Shown here: positions 25,122 through 38,449 of the stretch, in pieces | Position numbering within the stretch: the stretch's first letter is position 1 | How the letters are laid out: every line of letters begins with the position of its first letter | NCBI GenBank assembly: GCA_030390025.1 | Contig: CM059428.1 | Span: 19,902,001 to 19,966,000 of the forward strand | Length of the DNA stretch: 64,000 bases | Source: Squalus acanthias | Lineage: Eukaryota | Reading direction: 5' to 3' | Notes under the pieces: generated by a model | Told to the model about the DNA's origin: nothing | Seen by the model: the letters and a program-made list of their open reading frames with translations, nothing else | Database searches by the model: none | Program-made: the position numbers and the translations under genes

Positions 25122-27605
25122 TAATTAGTTGCATAGTGTTTTTTTGACTTCATGTCGGTGAGACGGGTTTATGTCCATTTTTTAAAAACTTGGCCTACAT
25201 GGCTGAAGGAAGGTACCGTGATGAGTGGGAAAGCAACTAATATAAAATGAAAGCTTTATTGCCATAATTAGACTTGAAAATAGAATGAAAAATGTTTTCT
25301 CGACCTGTTGGCATAACCAGAACCCACCAAGCATTGAAACACCAGACAAGCACAGCAGTGCAGACTAGCACCATTGTCACTGTGTGGAATCAGTTTCCAC
25401 CAATTCAACCACTTAGTAAAACTTACTCACTGCCACAATATATCTGGTACACTGTATATTATGAAAGTAACACTTGAATGTGTTGTAGCCAAGGACTAAT
25501 TGCAATAACTTTTTTTTAAAAAGTGTTTAGGTATAGAAGTTTGTAATAGAAGCTCTGCACTCTGAAGGGTAATATACAATGATATACATTAATTAGGTTT
25601 CGTGTGCCTCACATCTGTATTCTGTAAATGCAACAGTTATAGCTAATCAGAAAAATGCACTGGCTTGTCTTCAGCATTTTTCTCATTTTCCTGTATCCTT
25701 TTAGCATCTTAACTATCCTTAATAGTGCGACTTGTTGTTGAAGAATAACCAGTATAAAAAAGTTCTTCCTATTTAGTGAAATCTTTTGTATTGGAGTTCT
25801 GATACAAAATGACTGCCTATCTCTTATTGTGTTTTCTTTTCACAGTACCATTTGTTTGTTTTGTATGTGATGTATGACTTCTAAGTTTGACTTCAGAGAC
25901 GTCGCCTGTTTCAATAAATGGAATGTTCGTCTGCAATATTTTTACATGTGTATATATTTGTGTTGGCTGCTGTCTCCCAGAAACTACAGTCCTCTATGCA
26001 TCTCTCACTTCCAGTTAATTAAAAATGGGTCATTCTGAAAGTAAGAAAGTAAAATAATAGGAAATTAGCCTGGTTTCCTATAGGAAACACATAAAGATAG
26101 AAGTGACTCTTACAATATGATTACAATACCGCAGCAGCATAATTTTCATAGAAATATAAACACATGTCATTGTGAAGTATGAAATTTGTCTCTCATAACC
26201 TATTTTTTCAAAAACCTATGACAAGAATACTCGACATCAAATAAAGAGGAAGTCCATTTTAATGTGTGTTACCATTTACGTTGTTCAATCAAAGTGCTGA
26301 GATGTAATTTATATGGTGCATGTCTAGTTAATAAAACAATAAAAATAGGCCCCTTTAGGGCAGGATGGTAGCATTGTGGTTTTGTAGAATGGAGTGGTAA
26401 GACATGATTTGAACTAGTGATTGTTTGTTTATAAGGGGAAATTCCTGACTGGCCATTGTATCAGGAGAGGGCAGGGGCTGGACATAAGCTAAATGCTCCT
26501 CTGCAAGGGTAGAAGAAAAAAATGACATGGTGAACCATCACTTGCCGATCTTTTGATGGCTGACTACAGATTGGCCTTGCGAGAGGTCGAAAGCCAGGTC
26601 CTGTCCTGCCAATGTGATGGTGCATAGCATGGAGAGACTTAAAAAAAAATAAAGGGAGAAAAATACATTTAAAAATCGGGGTAGTGTAAAGAGAAACAGT
26701 TGTTAATGACAAATATATATATTTTAATAATACATAGTGGTGAATAGTAACATAAGCAGTTTGAGTAATACTTAATGTACAGAATCAAGAAGGACTCCTC
26801 ATAAATGGAATATACTGGGCATTTCACCGTTTCCCCATTTTGTATTCCATCCATGTCACCAACACCAAGACATTATGCTATTTTCACCCATTGATTATGA
26901 ATAGGGCATGGGAGAAATCTGGCCCAATATTGTTTTCATCCATGCAAACCAACTGTCAGAATTTTATGCAGACAATATTTCAGACTTGAGTGTTTGTGTT
27001 TGTGGACAAAAATCAATGCCACTCTTCAATTGTCCCTAGACTCCTACCCGTAGCTGCTTCTCCATGGGATCAAAACTCTGCTACTTGCTGGGGGTGGGAA
27101 TTCCTGATCTTGTGAAACTACTGAACAATCAGGAATCCCTGCCCATAGTGTGCAGCAGAGTTTCAATCTCTGGAGCATTAGCTTCAGGTAGGGCTAAGAG
27201 GAGAATCTGGGCAGAACGTTTCTAGAGTGAACGGGAGAAGAATGCCTGTGAACTGGAGGGAGGAGTAGTAAGGGGGGAAATTGGAGAAAAGTGTGGGTAT
27301 GAACTAGAGGATGGAAGATGAACACCAGCATAAACTAGTGCTGAGAAGAAGAATGTTGGGGATAATTTGATGAGGAATTAGGGGAGAAGAATTGTGCCTG
27401 TCTGAACTGCAGAGAGTTAGAGAAGTACCAGAGTCACCGATGAGGTAGTGGGGAAATAAAAGGTATAATCATGACGGGGAGAGGAAGGAAGACTATCCGT
27501 GTGAATTGGGTGGAAAGGGAAGAGAAAATTACCTCCATATCACTAATAACTGTATAAACAATTTAGATACTTTAGTTATGGGAAGGATTGATACGTATCC
27601 ATAAC

Positions 27606-29135
27606 TAGACACAAAATTGGAAGAGTAGTAAACACTGAGGAAAATAGTAATAGACTTCAAGAGGACATAGATCGGCTGGTGGAATGGCGGACACATAGCA
27701 GATGAAATTCAACACACAAGTGTGAGGTGATACATCTTGGTAGGAAGAATGAGGAGAGACAATATAAACTAAATGGTACAATTTTAAAGGATGTGCAAGA
27801 ACAGAGAGTCTTGGGGTGCTTGTGTACAAATATTTGAAGGTGGCAAGACAGGTTAACAAGGCAGTTAATAAAGCATATGGGATCCTGGGCTTTATAAATA
27901 GAGGCATTGGGCTGGATTTTGATACTGGGGCGGGTTGGGGTCGTGTCATCCACCCGACTGCAATTGGATGTGGGAGATTGATGCAATTTTCACCTAATTG
28001 GGCAATTGAGTTGGAGCATGTGGGAACCCATGAACCAATTAGTGTTTTCAGTCTGAAAGTCGCCTCTGATGATGTCATCATTGCTGCTGCATTGAAGGGC
28101 TGCAAAGACTGCCTGGCCTTTGCTGAGAGGGAACCTGGATGCAAAATGAGCAGCAGCAGTCCTAAGTCTGCTCCCAGATATGTCAGTCATCCATCCCTCC
28201 TCCATCCCTCCCTCCATCCATCCCTCCCTCCCTCCCTCCCTAGCCAGATGTGCTCCCGCCAGATTTTACATTCGTGGTTCAGAACAGGCATGCTTCATGT
28301 AGAAAAAGGGTTAAAATCACAAAGGCCTTTCAAAATGGCATTATAGAGGCAATTTAGTGCTTGTTAAGGGCCTTAACAGCCTATCCCGCCTCTTAGAGGC
28401 GGGACCAGCAGACACGATTTAATGAAAATTGGATAGAGGCGGACTTGTGCCCGCCCGCCAGTTTTCGCAATGTTAACCCCCCACACGCCTCCAAACCCAC
28501 CTCCACGGGTCAATGAAAATCCAGCTCATAGAGTACAAAAGCCAGGAAGTTATGCTAAACCTATATAAAACACTAGTTTGGCCCCAGCTGGAGTATTGTG
28601 TCCAATTCTGGCAATCACACTTTAGGAAGGATGTGAAGGCTTTGGAGAGGGTACAGAAAAAATTTACCAGAATGGTTCCAGGGATGAGGGATTACACTTA
28701 TGTGGATAGACTGGAGAAGCTGGGGTTGTTGTCCTTAGAGCAGAGAAGGCTAAGAGGAGATTTGATAGAGGTGTTTAAAATCATGAAGGGTTTAGATGGA
28801 GTAAATAATGAGAAACTGTTTCCAATGACTGAAGGGTCGATAACCAGAGGGCGTAGATTTAAGGTGATTGGCAAAAGAACCAGAGGCGACATGAGGAACA
28901 ACTTTTTTACGTAACGAGTGTTTAGGATTTGGAATGCACTGCCTGATGAGGTGGATAAAGATTCAATAGTAGCCTTCAAAAGGGAATTGGATAAATACCA
29001 GAAGGAGAAACAATTGTAGCGCTGTAGGGGAAAAAGCAGGGGAGTGGGCCTTACTGGATTGCTCTTCGAAAGAGCTAGCGCAGACTTGATGGGCTGAATG
29101 GCCTCCTTCTGTGCTGTACTATTCTATGATTCTAA
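27606..29135 (+). mobile_element. CR1 3' fragment interrupted by a MITE
   Basis: KAYGILGFINRG | IEYKSQEVMLNLYKTL...RRLRGDLIEVFK; 3' UTR ...attctatgattcta; same subfamily as 62395-63735. Confidence 0.9.
27909..28527. mobile_element. Harbinger-type MITE
   Basis: TIRs GGGCTGGATTTT / AAAATCCAGCTC; 3-bp TSD ATT/ATA; removing it restores the CR1 frame (RG-I-EYK). Confidence 0.88.
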
Positions 29136-30606
29136 TAGCCTGCAATTTCTTTGCAAGACGTGAGAGAAAATTCCTGCACTTTTTGCTACACAAGTGATGG
29201 AATGTTGGCTGTACCTGCAACATATGTTATGACAAACCAATGCCCTACTGCATTTTTAATGTAACTACATGTTATGGGCTCACATTCAGGGCTGTTTTGG
29301 ACTTTATTTTTTGAAGCTGTTACTCAGCTTTTTCATGTTCTTGGGTTGTCATGTATGTGCTTCACCTTTCAGTTTATGTTTGATATTTCAATGAGGGAAG
29401 GGTTTTTTAATACTTCCCTTGATGTGTTGTAATATACCTCTATGGCCAGATATAATCTCTCTGGAACAGATTGTTTGGCTGCCTGGAAAGTTAGTTATTT
29501 TAGAGAGGAAGCTTACACAGCACCCCTTGCATAACCTTGTTTAAAAAAAATTGCTATGGCAAAGGTTTTAGTCTAAACTGACTAAAAGTTTTAATTTTTC
29601 TCAGGACTTCTCCTTTAGCTTCCCTGTTTCTGTCTGATATACTTTCATTTATGCCATTTTTTCTTTTGTCTCTCTTTCACTGTTCATTTGTCAATGCTAC
29701 GATTAATGTCCCCCATTTTTCATGCAAATCATGGATCACCTCATCAGTAGTTTGACCAAACAAATTTTGCTTCCATGTTAAGTACTCTTCCTCATTCGCT
29801 GCCCCTTCATCCTGTTCCTCCCTTTGGGAAGAAGGGACTTTTTTGTATAGGTACTTTTTTGAAGTTAAACGTTGAATTTAAAATGAGGAAAAGAAAGAAA
29901 TTGCAGCACTGGCAAATATGTTGGCAAGTGTAAAAGTAGCAGTTTAGGCCTGATTCAAGAAGCAAGGGCCAATTTTCTTTTACAGCCACCAGTCAGGAGA
30001 AGAAACTGCTCAATTTTTCTGTTTGGGTCATTTGCTTGTGCAGTGCTCCCTCCTGGTGCAGGTTTCCCCTGGCAGGGTCTTGCACTGGATTAGATGAGTG
30101 GAAACAGGAGCGTAGCTGCAGGCCTCAGAGGCTTGCAGCTATGCTGCTGGCCACCAGCATCAGGGCCTTCTGGCTACTGCTGAGCATCGTCCTTCTAAAC
30201 ATTGAAGAGGAATAACCTTCATCGAGGCTCCATTTTCAGGGCGCCTCTGGGACTCTTTCCCAGTTGTGGAGAATATGGTGACTCTGACTCTGCTTGGGAG
30301 TGGCCTGAAGGTCGGGGTGGGGGGGGGAGAGGGTGCACTCCCAAGAAAGATCAGCGGGGTGTGGCTCTGGCTTTCTATCAATCCTTTAGCCCAATGGGAA
30401 CAACTAGCATGACAAACCCAGGGTCCATGTTTGAGAGCATTGTGAAGTAGCAAGCGGACAGGTACTCACCTGGTTCTGGACTGAGTCACTTAATTGTATC
30501 ATTAACTTCTGGGCTCATTTGAAAGATGTATGATGATTAGAACACATGATTTAGCACAGCAACAATTGCAGAAATTCACATGATGGGTACAAATGATATG
30601 ACTCTG

Positions 30607-31050
30607 CCGTGACTCTGTGGTAGCACTCTCACCTCTGATTCAGAAGATCATGGGTTCAGGCTCCACTCCAGAGACCTAAGCACATAATCTAGGGTGGGAC
30701 TTTAGTGCAGTATTGATGGAGCGCTGCACTGTTGGAGGTGCTGTCTTTCAAATGAGATGTTAAACTAAGGTCCCGTCTGCCCCTTTAGGTGGAGGTAAAA
30801 GATTCCATGGCACTATTTGAAGTAGAGCAGGGGAGTTCTGCTGGTGTCCTGGCCAACATGTATCCCTCAACCAACACAAAAATCAGATTATCTGGTCAAT
30901 CGTCTGATTGCTGTTTGTGGGACCTTGCTGTTTGTGCAAATTGGCTGCCGTGTTTCCTTACATTCCAATAGCGACTGCAGTTGTAAAAAGTACTTCATTG
31001 GCTATGAAGAAGTTTAGGATGCCCTGCGGTTGTGAAAGGTGCTACAGAAA
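30607..31050 (+). mobile_element. Deu-domain tRNA SINE (SacSINE1/AmnSINE-like)
   Basis: tRNA-like head (gtggtagcactctc...gggttcagg), Deu core gctgcactgttggaggtgctgtctttc...ccatggcactatttgaag, 3' tail gaaaggtgcta. Confidence 0.85.
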
Positions 31051-31854
31051 TTCGAGTTATTTCTTATTCTCCAATTTTAATAAGGAGTGTCTTTTACCTC
31101 CTATTGTTTCAGGTTCGTTATTGTAATATCTTGTTTTATAGTTGGCAAGCGCTTGGCTCCTGTCTGTTCATTTTCACTTTCATTTAGACTAAGTTTAAAC
31201 TGTGCCGGTGAGCGAAGTGGAGCTGAGTGTTTACTGACCGCAAAAGCAGATGTTATAGATTGAACTCAGCATCAGTCCTTGGACCTGATTGTGGCCTGTT
31301 CAATTTTATTACTCTGTGGCATAGAAAAAAAGGTCAGATCATAAGTCCAACCATAGTTGGTGCTTACTGTTCGTGCCATTTTTATTGCGAAGCTGTAGGC
31401 GTAGTAGTATTATTTCCGGTCTTTAATATACAAATCAACACAATTCTACTCCTGCTACTTGCATGAATATTTGCATTGTTTATATGAAGGGCAAATAATA
31501 TTTAATTGCTTCCTTTCTTAATTAAAAAAAAGAAATTTGGTTCTGAAAGTACATTGTGGAATACCTGTGTACAAATGCTGCATGATTTTGTCTAAAATAA
31601 CACTTTCTACTTTAGCAAAGGCATTCCTAGATCCTTACAATGTAGAAGGAGACCATTTGGCCTGTCATGCCTGTGCATTAACCTATTCAAAGTAAATATA
31701 TTCCTTTACAGTTGCATTTAAAGAATAGAACATATTTTGAACGAATGTGTTGAGAATATTGAACACTTTTTATAATTTAAAAAAAACTCCTTATTTACAA
31801 TTAACTCATTTATTTCATTATTTTTGAAATTAAAAAAAATAGTGCCTGGGCTAA

Positions 31855-32720
31855 TCCAGGACAGTCAACAAGGGAAGGTCATGCTTGAATCATTTATTTG
31901 GAATTTTTTGAGGAAACCACAGAATGTATACGTCAAGGGAAATGCAGTGGATGTTGTACATATGGATTTTCAGAAGGCATTTCATTAAATGCCGTATGAG
32001 ACTTGTTAAGAAAATGAAGGTGTATGGTATTAAAGGATATGCATGGACAGAAAGATGGTTGGGGAAGCAGCGGAGGGATAAGGGGACATAGTCGCAGGGT
32101 AAGGGATCGGCCATTTAGGACTGAGATGATGAGAAATTTCTTCACTCAGAGGGTTGTGAATCTTTGGAATTCTCTACCCCAGAGGGCTGTGAATGCTCAG
32201 TTAATGAGTATATTCAAGGCTGCGATAGATAGATATTTGGACTCTAGGGGAATCGAGGGATATGGGAATCGGACGGGAAAGTGGAGTTGAGGTCGAAGAT
32301 CAGCCATGATCTTATTGAATGGCGGAGCAGGCTCGAGGGGCCGTATGGCCTACTCCTGTTCCTATTTCTTATGTTCTTATGATATTTTCAGATTGGTGGT
32401 ATTTGGGTGGTGGTGTGCCCCAGGGATATGTGCTGGGACCGCTCTTTCTAAAAAATTTATGTAAATGATTTGCAATCAATGTGAGAAATGATATTGAAAG
32501 TTTGTTGATCATAGCAAATTGGGACATAGCAATCTGGCAAATTCAAATAGAGAAATTGAAAGAAGGAAAGAATAGAAGTTATCAAAATTATAGAATGGTT
32601 TTGAGGGGACAAACAATTAAAACTCAGGATTATCACTAGAAGAACGAAGGGGAAGTTTGAAGAAATATTTACACACCGAGGTTATTAGGACGTAGAATGC
32701 TTTGAGCAGGAGAATGGAGC
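31855..32720 (+). mobile_element. Old CR1 fragment containing a younger CR1 3' end (~32065-32381)
   Basis: DVVHMDFQKAF remnant, then RGHSRRVRDRPFRTEMMRNFFTQRVVNLWNSLP with a ttcttatg tail, then the old RT resumes (gtgccccaggga). Confidence 0.75.
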
Positions 32721-33285
32721 ATGTGCCATCATTTAAAATAGAATTATTTGAAATGAGGGAATATAAAACAATATGGAAAGAGAGCACAGAAATGGGATTA
32801 GAGTAGATAACTCCAGCATAGTAGGACCAGCAGAGGCACAATCTGTCAGTCGGCCTGTTGCAATGTAAACTATTTGTGCTCACCAGTGTTTCGAGATGGG
32901 AATCCCGGGAGCTGGAATCCATTTCTTTTTATGTTACTGATGATATCAAACATTTGACTTTAGGTATACTCTGTAACATAAAAGCCAACCCCTACTGCAC
33001 TGCTGACTTTCCATTTTCCTCAGTCTATCTTTACCTCAGAGTAAATTTCTCAATTAATCCCAGTTGTTTTATGTTTAAAGGGTATTTATTTTGCGATGGA
33101 CTTGTGGTTGGTAACTGATTAAAATGACCCAGAATCATTTCCCAGAATTGTTAGTAATCATAAATGAGGGGTTTCTATTCTGTATGTCTGGGCTTGATTG
33201 GAACGCAGCTATGAAATAGCCCATCTTTCAATTATTCTTGAGAGTTATTAAAATGAACATGAATTTATTAGCATTTTTAAAAAGT

Positions 33286-34808
33286 GGGGTGGAGTTTCCG
33301 CTTTGGCCGCAGTCGGCAATTCGGGCGCAAATTGCATTCGTAATTGCGCTAGTTTCCCGAGGTGAAGTTATGGTTCAGGTTTCTGCTCAAACTCATTTGC
33401 ATAATCACAAATGTAAGCTCTTCCATGAACCAGAGCAATTGGGCAGCGTTTTTGTTTATTTTTTTCTTGCTTGGATTAAAAATATTCCATGATATATGTA
33501 AGGGTGGTAATCTGGTGCAGTTTTATTAATACAGCTGAAAATGGGTTTGTCACCAAAAATAAGCATTTTTAATAAGAGTGTCTGGTCCACCACCTGTGAG
33601 TAACCCCATTTTAAATAACTGAAAATAACTTAAAAAAAACTATGCAGAACCATTTACTAGTTTCATTGGTGTACAGTAGTCAGTTTCTTAATAAATTAAA
33701 TGGGGGAGAAATTCGGTTACGCCCCGTTTGGGGGAAGTAACCGAATTAGCGCCAGCCATTTAGTGCCCGGCGCGGGCGTACCACCCTGGCTGCTAAATTG
33801 GGCTTACCACCCCGGCAAGGAAGTGGAGCACTATCTCGGGCGCGCCATTTCCTCTCGGGGCGGTGTCTGGGGCGCAAAGCACGGTAGCGCTGGAGTACTA
33901 CGCGGCTGCTCCGCGTAGTGCTGACACGTTTCATCGCCCCTCCCCTTCCGTTAAAGGGGAGGGACACTGCGCACTCTGCAGCCCGTTTGACGGCCTCCAC
34001 TAGCCCACCAGGGTGGTGTGATGCCGTGGCTGCAGCCCGGCACTGAGACGCAGTGCCGGGCTGCGCGATGGTGGCCATGGCCCACGCCAAGGGCCTGCCA
34101 CGAGGGGCCGACCTGGAGGTCGACCAAAACAATGAATTGGTGGTGCGGGGTGCAGCTGGGCTTCCCCTTTAATTACCGCCTCATGAGCGGAGGTCAGCTT
34201 GGTTCGCGACCCGCGAGGCTGTCGCTGACATCGCCCACGGCAGCTTCACGGGGCGCAGCCGAATTTCTGCCGCAGGGCGGTAAGGGGCCATGACAGGGCG
34301 CTAAAGGATCGCGTTGCTCAGCGATAATGTCATCGCTGGCGGCGCAGTGCCTCAGGGTGCTACCGGCTACCGGCGCCGCTAACCTCCCGCTGAATTTCGC
34401 GGGAGGCGTTAGTGGTGCCGCGCCCGGGCACTAGCCAGAGGCGCAAACCAACCCAATTTTTCCCCCAATATTTTTTAATATTTAAAAGCTTTTAAAAGGT
34501 GCCTATTGGTGACCTTGCGCCTAAAAAAAAAAAGCTTAATTTTCAGAGTCTTCTCGAAGCCCCGCAAATGGGCACAATTAGCGGAAAATTGCCATGGTGA
34601 TTAATTCGATCTGGGAGTGTGGCCAGTTTCGTGGGCGGGGCTGGCTGCCAGCTCGCTGTTTTTTTAAACCAGCGCAAAAGATCGCGAAAGCTCGATTTGC
34701 GCTGCACGTAACTTGCGCTTGAAATTCAGCGATCTTCTGCGCTGGTTTGGCCAATTTCAGGCGAATTGCGCTGGAAAGACCAGCGCAACCAAACGGAAAC
34801 TCTACCCC
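33286..34808. mobile_element. Harbinger-type MITE (outer)
   Basis: 15-bp TIRs GGGGTGGAGTTTCCG / CGGAAACTCTACCCC; perfect AGT TSD. Confidence 0.9.
33702..34466. mobile_element. Harbinger-type MITE (nested, inner)
   Basis: TIRs GGGGGAGAAATT / AATTTTTCCCCC; perfect AAT TSD; very CpG-rich. Confidence 0.9.
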
Positions 34809-37374
34809 AGTGAATTTAATTGACAAGGGTATGATGTGAATTAAAAGAAAAATAATATATCTTAACAGAGACATGTGGTGGTAATCTTATTGGAGTCAGT
34901 TGTTCAAAGGCTTCACTTATTTTTATGTGTAGGCCCATGTAAAGTGACCTTTTTAATATGAGACTAATATTTTTGCTTTTACAGTAAATTACATTTTTGT
35001 AGACATGCAAGTTACTGTAGAAACAAAAGTATCACTTTTATCTGAACACAGTTATTCATTTCCTTTTTCAATTGACAGATGGCAGCAGAGTGCCATGCAT
35101 GTTAAGAAGCTGGCTGCTGTGCAGGTACGGTGCTGTGCAGAAACACCACACTTGCACTGTTAGTTTATATCGATTGTACTCTGAATGTATTCTACTCCTG
35201 GCACCAATTAAGTCAGGCAGGCTGGATTGCTAATTAACACTGAAGATGAACCGGAGTAAAGAAAGCAGGTGGGATTCTGAAGTGTTGTGATGGTTCTATA
35301 TTTGAGACTCTGTGCGTTTGCTTTTGTCCCTCTCTGTAACTCTGCTTGGAGAACTGATGTTGGCTTATAATTGAGCTTAACTGGAAAAAAAGTGCTAATT
35401 TTTACAGGTCAAATTGGCAAGATAAAATATTTATAGGAAATAGTTGTGGAACGTTCTGTTACTGAAAACATAGGGCTGCCTCAGGTTACGATATGGTTTG
35501 GCCAGTGTGCGTAGCTTTCAGTCAAGCAAGTTTTAAAAGGAAATGTCAGCTCATGAATCAGGCAGGCATGTCTTGGGAATGTTCGCTTGTCTCGCACAAA
35601 TCTCTGCCAGCATTTCAGAAAAGCTGCACTGCTGCTCTTTGCGTTGGGACGACAAAAATGAGCAAAACTCGTTTCAGTTCTCTGTGTCCTGCAATTCATA
35701 AGGAATCTAATTATCTACTTGTTAAGAGTAAGAGCCTGACAGCACAGAATGACTAGTTAGTAATTATGTATTATGTTATGCATATTTGTGTTTGTAGTGT
35801 TAAAACTGTAACCATGGTTTCCCACAGGTGGTTTTAGTGGCCTTTTCCACCCACGGAGCTGAGAACATGTATCTTGCTTCTTGCGTGTGATTATAGATGA
35901 ATAGCATTTATAGTTCTGAAATAATTTTTATCAGAAAACTCGGAAGTATGTTTTCTGTCTCGCAGATAAAGTGTAACTTTTAGGATAAGGTGGATTTTTG
36001 ATACTTAAAAGCTGTCCACTGTTGAAAAAGGGGTGTTAAGAGGCACCCCTGCACTTTTACCACGAATCACACTACCATGTAGAACATGCTCTCGAAACAA
36101 CAGTTAACAAATAAACAATAGCAATGATATTTTTAACAGGTGAAAGATGACTTCTGTTGGTGAAGAACTTGGGCGACTAAGAAAAAATAAAAACAATAGG
36201 TTACCCTTGTGAATCCCATTACAATGACACATTATTGACAATACAGATGTTCTTGTGGGATTAGAAGTGATTGTAAATTTAAAATGAAAACAATGAAGAT
36301 CACAATAAAAATTATTGCTTTTACATTAATGTTTCCATTTTTCTGGAGTATTTTGAATATAAAAGTGAAAATGCAGTGCAGAATTTTGCAGGAGAAAATC
36401 AGAAGCGGGTACGAACCATTGAGTTAAATTAATATGTTTGGAAAATGGGTTAAATTTCAATTATATCATGCAGAACTGTTCTATAGAGATTGAAATTGTT
36501 GTTAACTAGATTTGCGTCAAACCAAAATGAATATACTGAGACCAAGACAGGAACAAATTAGGACTTGGTACAATTACATATGCAGTGTACAAGTAGTCAG
36601 CAATTAGGTGATAGCAAGTTTAAATATAAGGGAACTATGTTTCAGCAGGTGTGATCCACATTTTGTATGTACTCACTACACTTTAGCTGCACAGTTTATC
36701 TCAGTACACCATTTGTAAAACAAAACCTCCTGTTTCATTGGGGTAGAGAAGGGATTTTTTTTTTGCTGTAAGTTTCACAATGTTTTTTGGTTTGGGTAAA
36801 ATGGGAGATTTCATTTAAATGCATATGTTCACAGACAAGTGATAATATAATAATTTTTCTGAAGGTTTGAAAAATTCTCTTCTGGATGCTTCCTGGAAAC
36901 TGACCACCTGCATTTTATACGATGTTGGATTCTAAATGTTTTGAGTTAAAGCTGCCAATAGACACTTGGCTCAGTCTGAATGTTTACAGCTGTATGTATG
37001 GAATCAATGCAGTGTTAGCATTTGGCACATGCATATGCCTTTGGATTTTCTTATACTTAACTTAGTTAAACTATTCTTGATTTAAATTTTATGAGGTTCA
37101 ACCAACTTTTAAAAATTATTTCAAATTTAATTTTAATTTTTAAAAATGTTCTTGGTACTTTTTGATACCATTCAGATTATGCATTTTAACTCTTTTTTAA
37201 ATGAATGTACATGCTATTAATGTGAAGCTTTGGAACTCCAGCTGTATTTATACGCAGTCGACATTATGGGTGGGTGGTAACAATGAAACCCGGTTTGCAC
37301 ACTTCAGCAGAGAAAACCTCGGAACTAATCTGAACTAGCAAAATCATCCTCCTGTAGTAGGTGAATGTACTCAA

Positions 37375-37827
37375 GTACAACAGTGCTTGTAACCGGGTTA
37401 AATTTGAGGACAGGTTGCATAGATTTGGCTTGCATTCCCTTGAATATAGAAGATTAAGGGGTGATCTATTTGAGGTGTTTAAGATGATTAAAGGGTTTGA
37501 TCGTGTAGATAGAGAGAAACTATTTCCTCTGGTGGGGGAGTCAGAACAAGAGGGTTTAACCTCAAAATTAGAGCGAGGCTGTTCAGGACTGATGTTGAAA
37601 AGCAGGTACGGGCACACAAAGGAACTCTCTCTTCCAAAAAGCTGTTGAGGCTAGGTCAATTAAAAATGTCAAAACAGAGAATGATAGATTTTTGTTAGGC
37701 AAAGGTATTAAAGAGTTACACTACCAAGGCGGTTAGATGGAGTTGAGATACAATTCAGCCATGATCTAATTGAATGGCTGAACAGGCTTGAGGGGCTGAA
37801 TGGCCTACTCCTAGTCCTATGTTCCTA
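37375..37827 (+). mobile_element. CR1 3' fragment
   Basis: EDRLHRFGLHSLEYRRLRGDLFEVFK; 3' UTR ...cctatgttccta. Confidence 0.85.
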
Positions 37828-38284
37828 TAACACAGGATAACAAATTGATATCCACACTGGTGTCACAAAATGTATTAGCATGTTCAGTAAAAGCCTGTCA
37901 ATATCAATATGTCAGGTTGGTGGAGAAACTAACTGCTGTATCATTTCAAACCTGTGTGTTTGTGCCCACATCTCCTGCCAGCTCCTCTTTTATTTTGAGG
38001 TGGCTTGGAGCTGGAAGGGGTAGCGGGCATTGTGTGTCGAGACAGCAGCCACAAAATTCAATACTTGGAGCGATTTATAGTGCATTGCACAGAATTGTTG
38101 CAGTTACTATTCGAGCTCCGTAAACGTTTTGTCATTTGTTTATTGAAAAAAATACTCATTTACACATTTATAAGGTAAAGACATCACTATTTCCCAAAAA
38201 GCAGGGTTGGGCGCACCTCATTTAATTGCAGCATAATGCTGAAGCTATGGAGCAAAATATTAAGTCGGCTTTTACTCATGTGAT

Positions 38285-38449
38285 CAATGTTCCCTGTAAT
38301 TTTTTCTTTCGGTGCATGGGCCCTTTAACTGGCTGCGCGGCCCATTCAATTTTTCGTGCATGCGCTGTTATTTCCATTGAAAAGCCAGTGAGCGGCCTGC
38401 GCGGGACCTCCAGACCGCTGCGTGGCCACACAGCTTAGCAGGAACGTTG
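38285..38449. mobile_element. Short hAT-type MITE
   Basis: TIRs CAATGTTCC / GGAACGTTG; 8-bp TSD CATGTGAT/CCTGTGAC; second copy at 48752. Confidence 0.8.

Noticed and set aside
28192-28240. (CCAT/CCCT)n tract and other short microsatellites (GA at ~23524 and ~48541, CACT at ~50256)
   Set aside because: Ordinary simple repeats; no repeat-spacer (CRISPR-like) organisation anywhere in the window.
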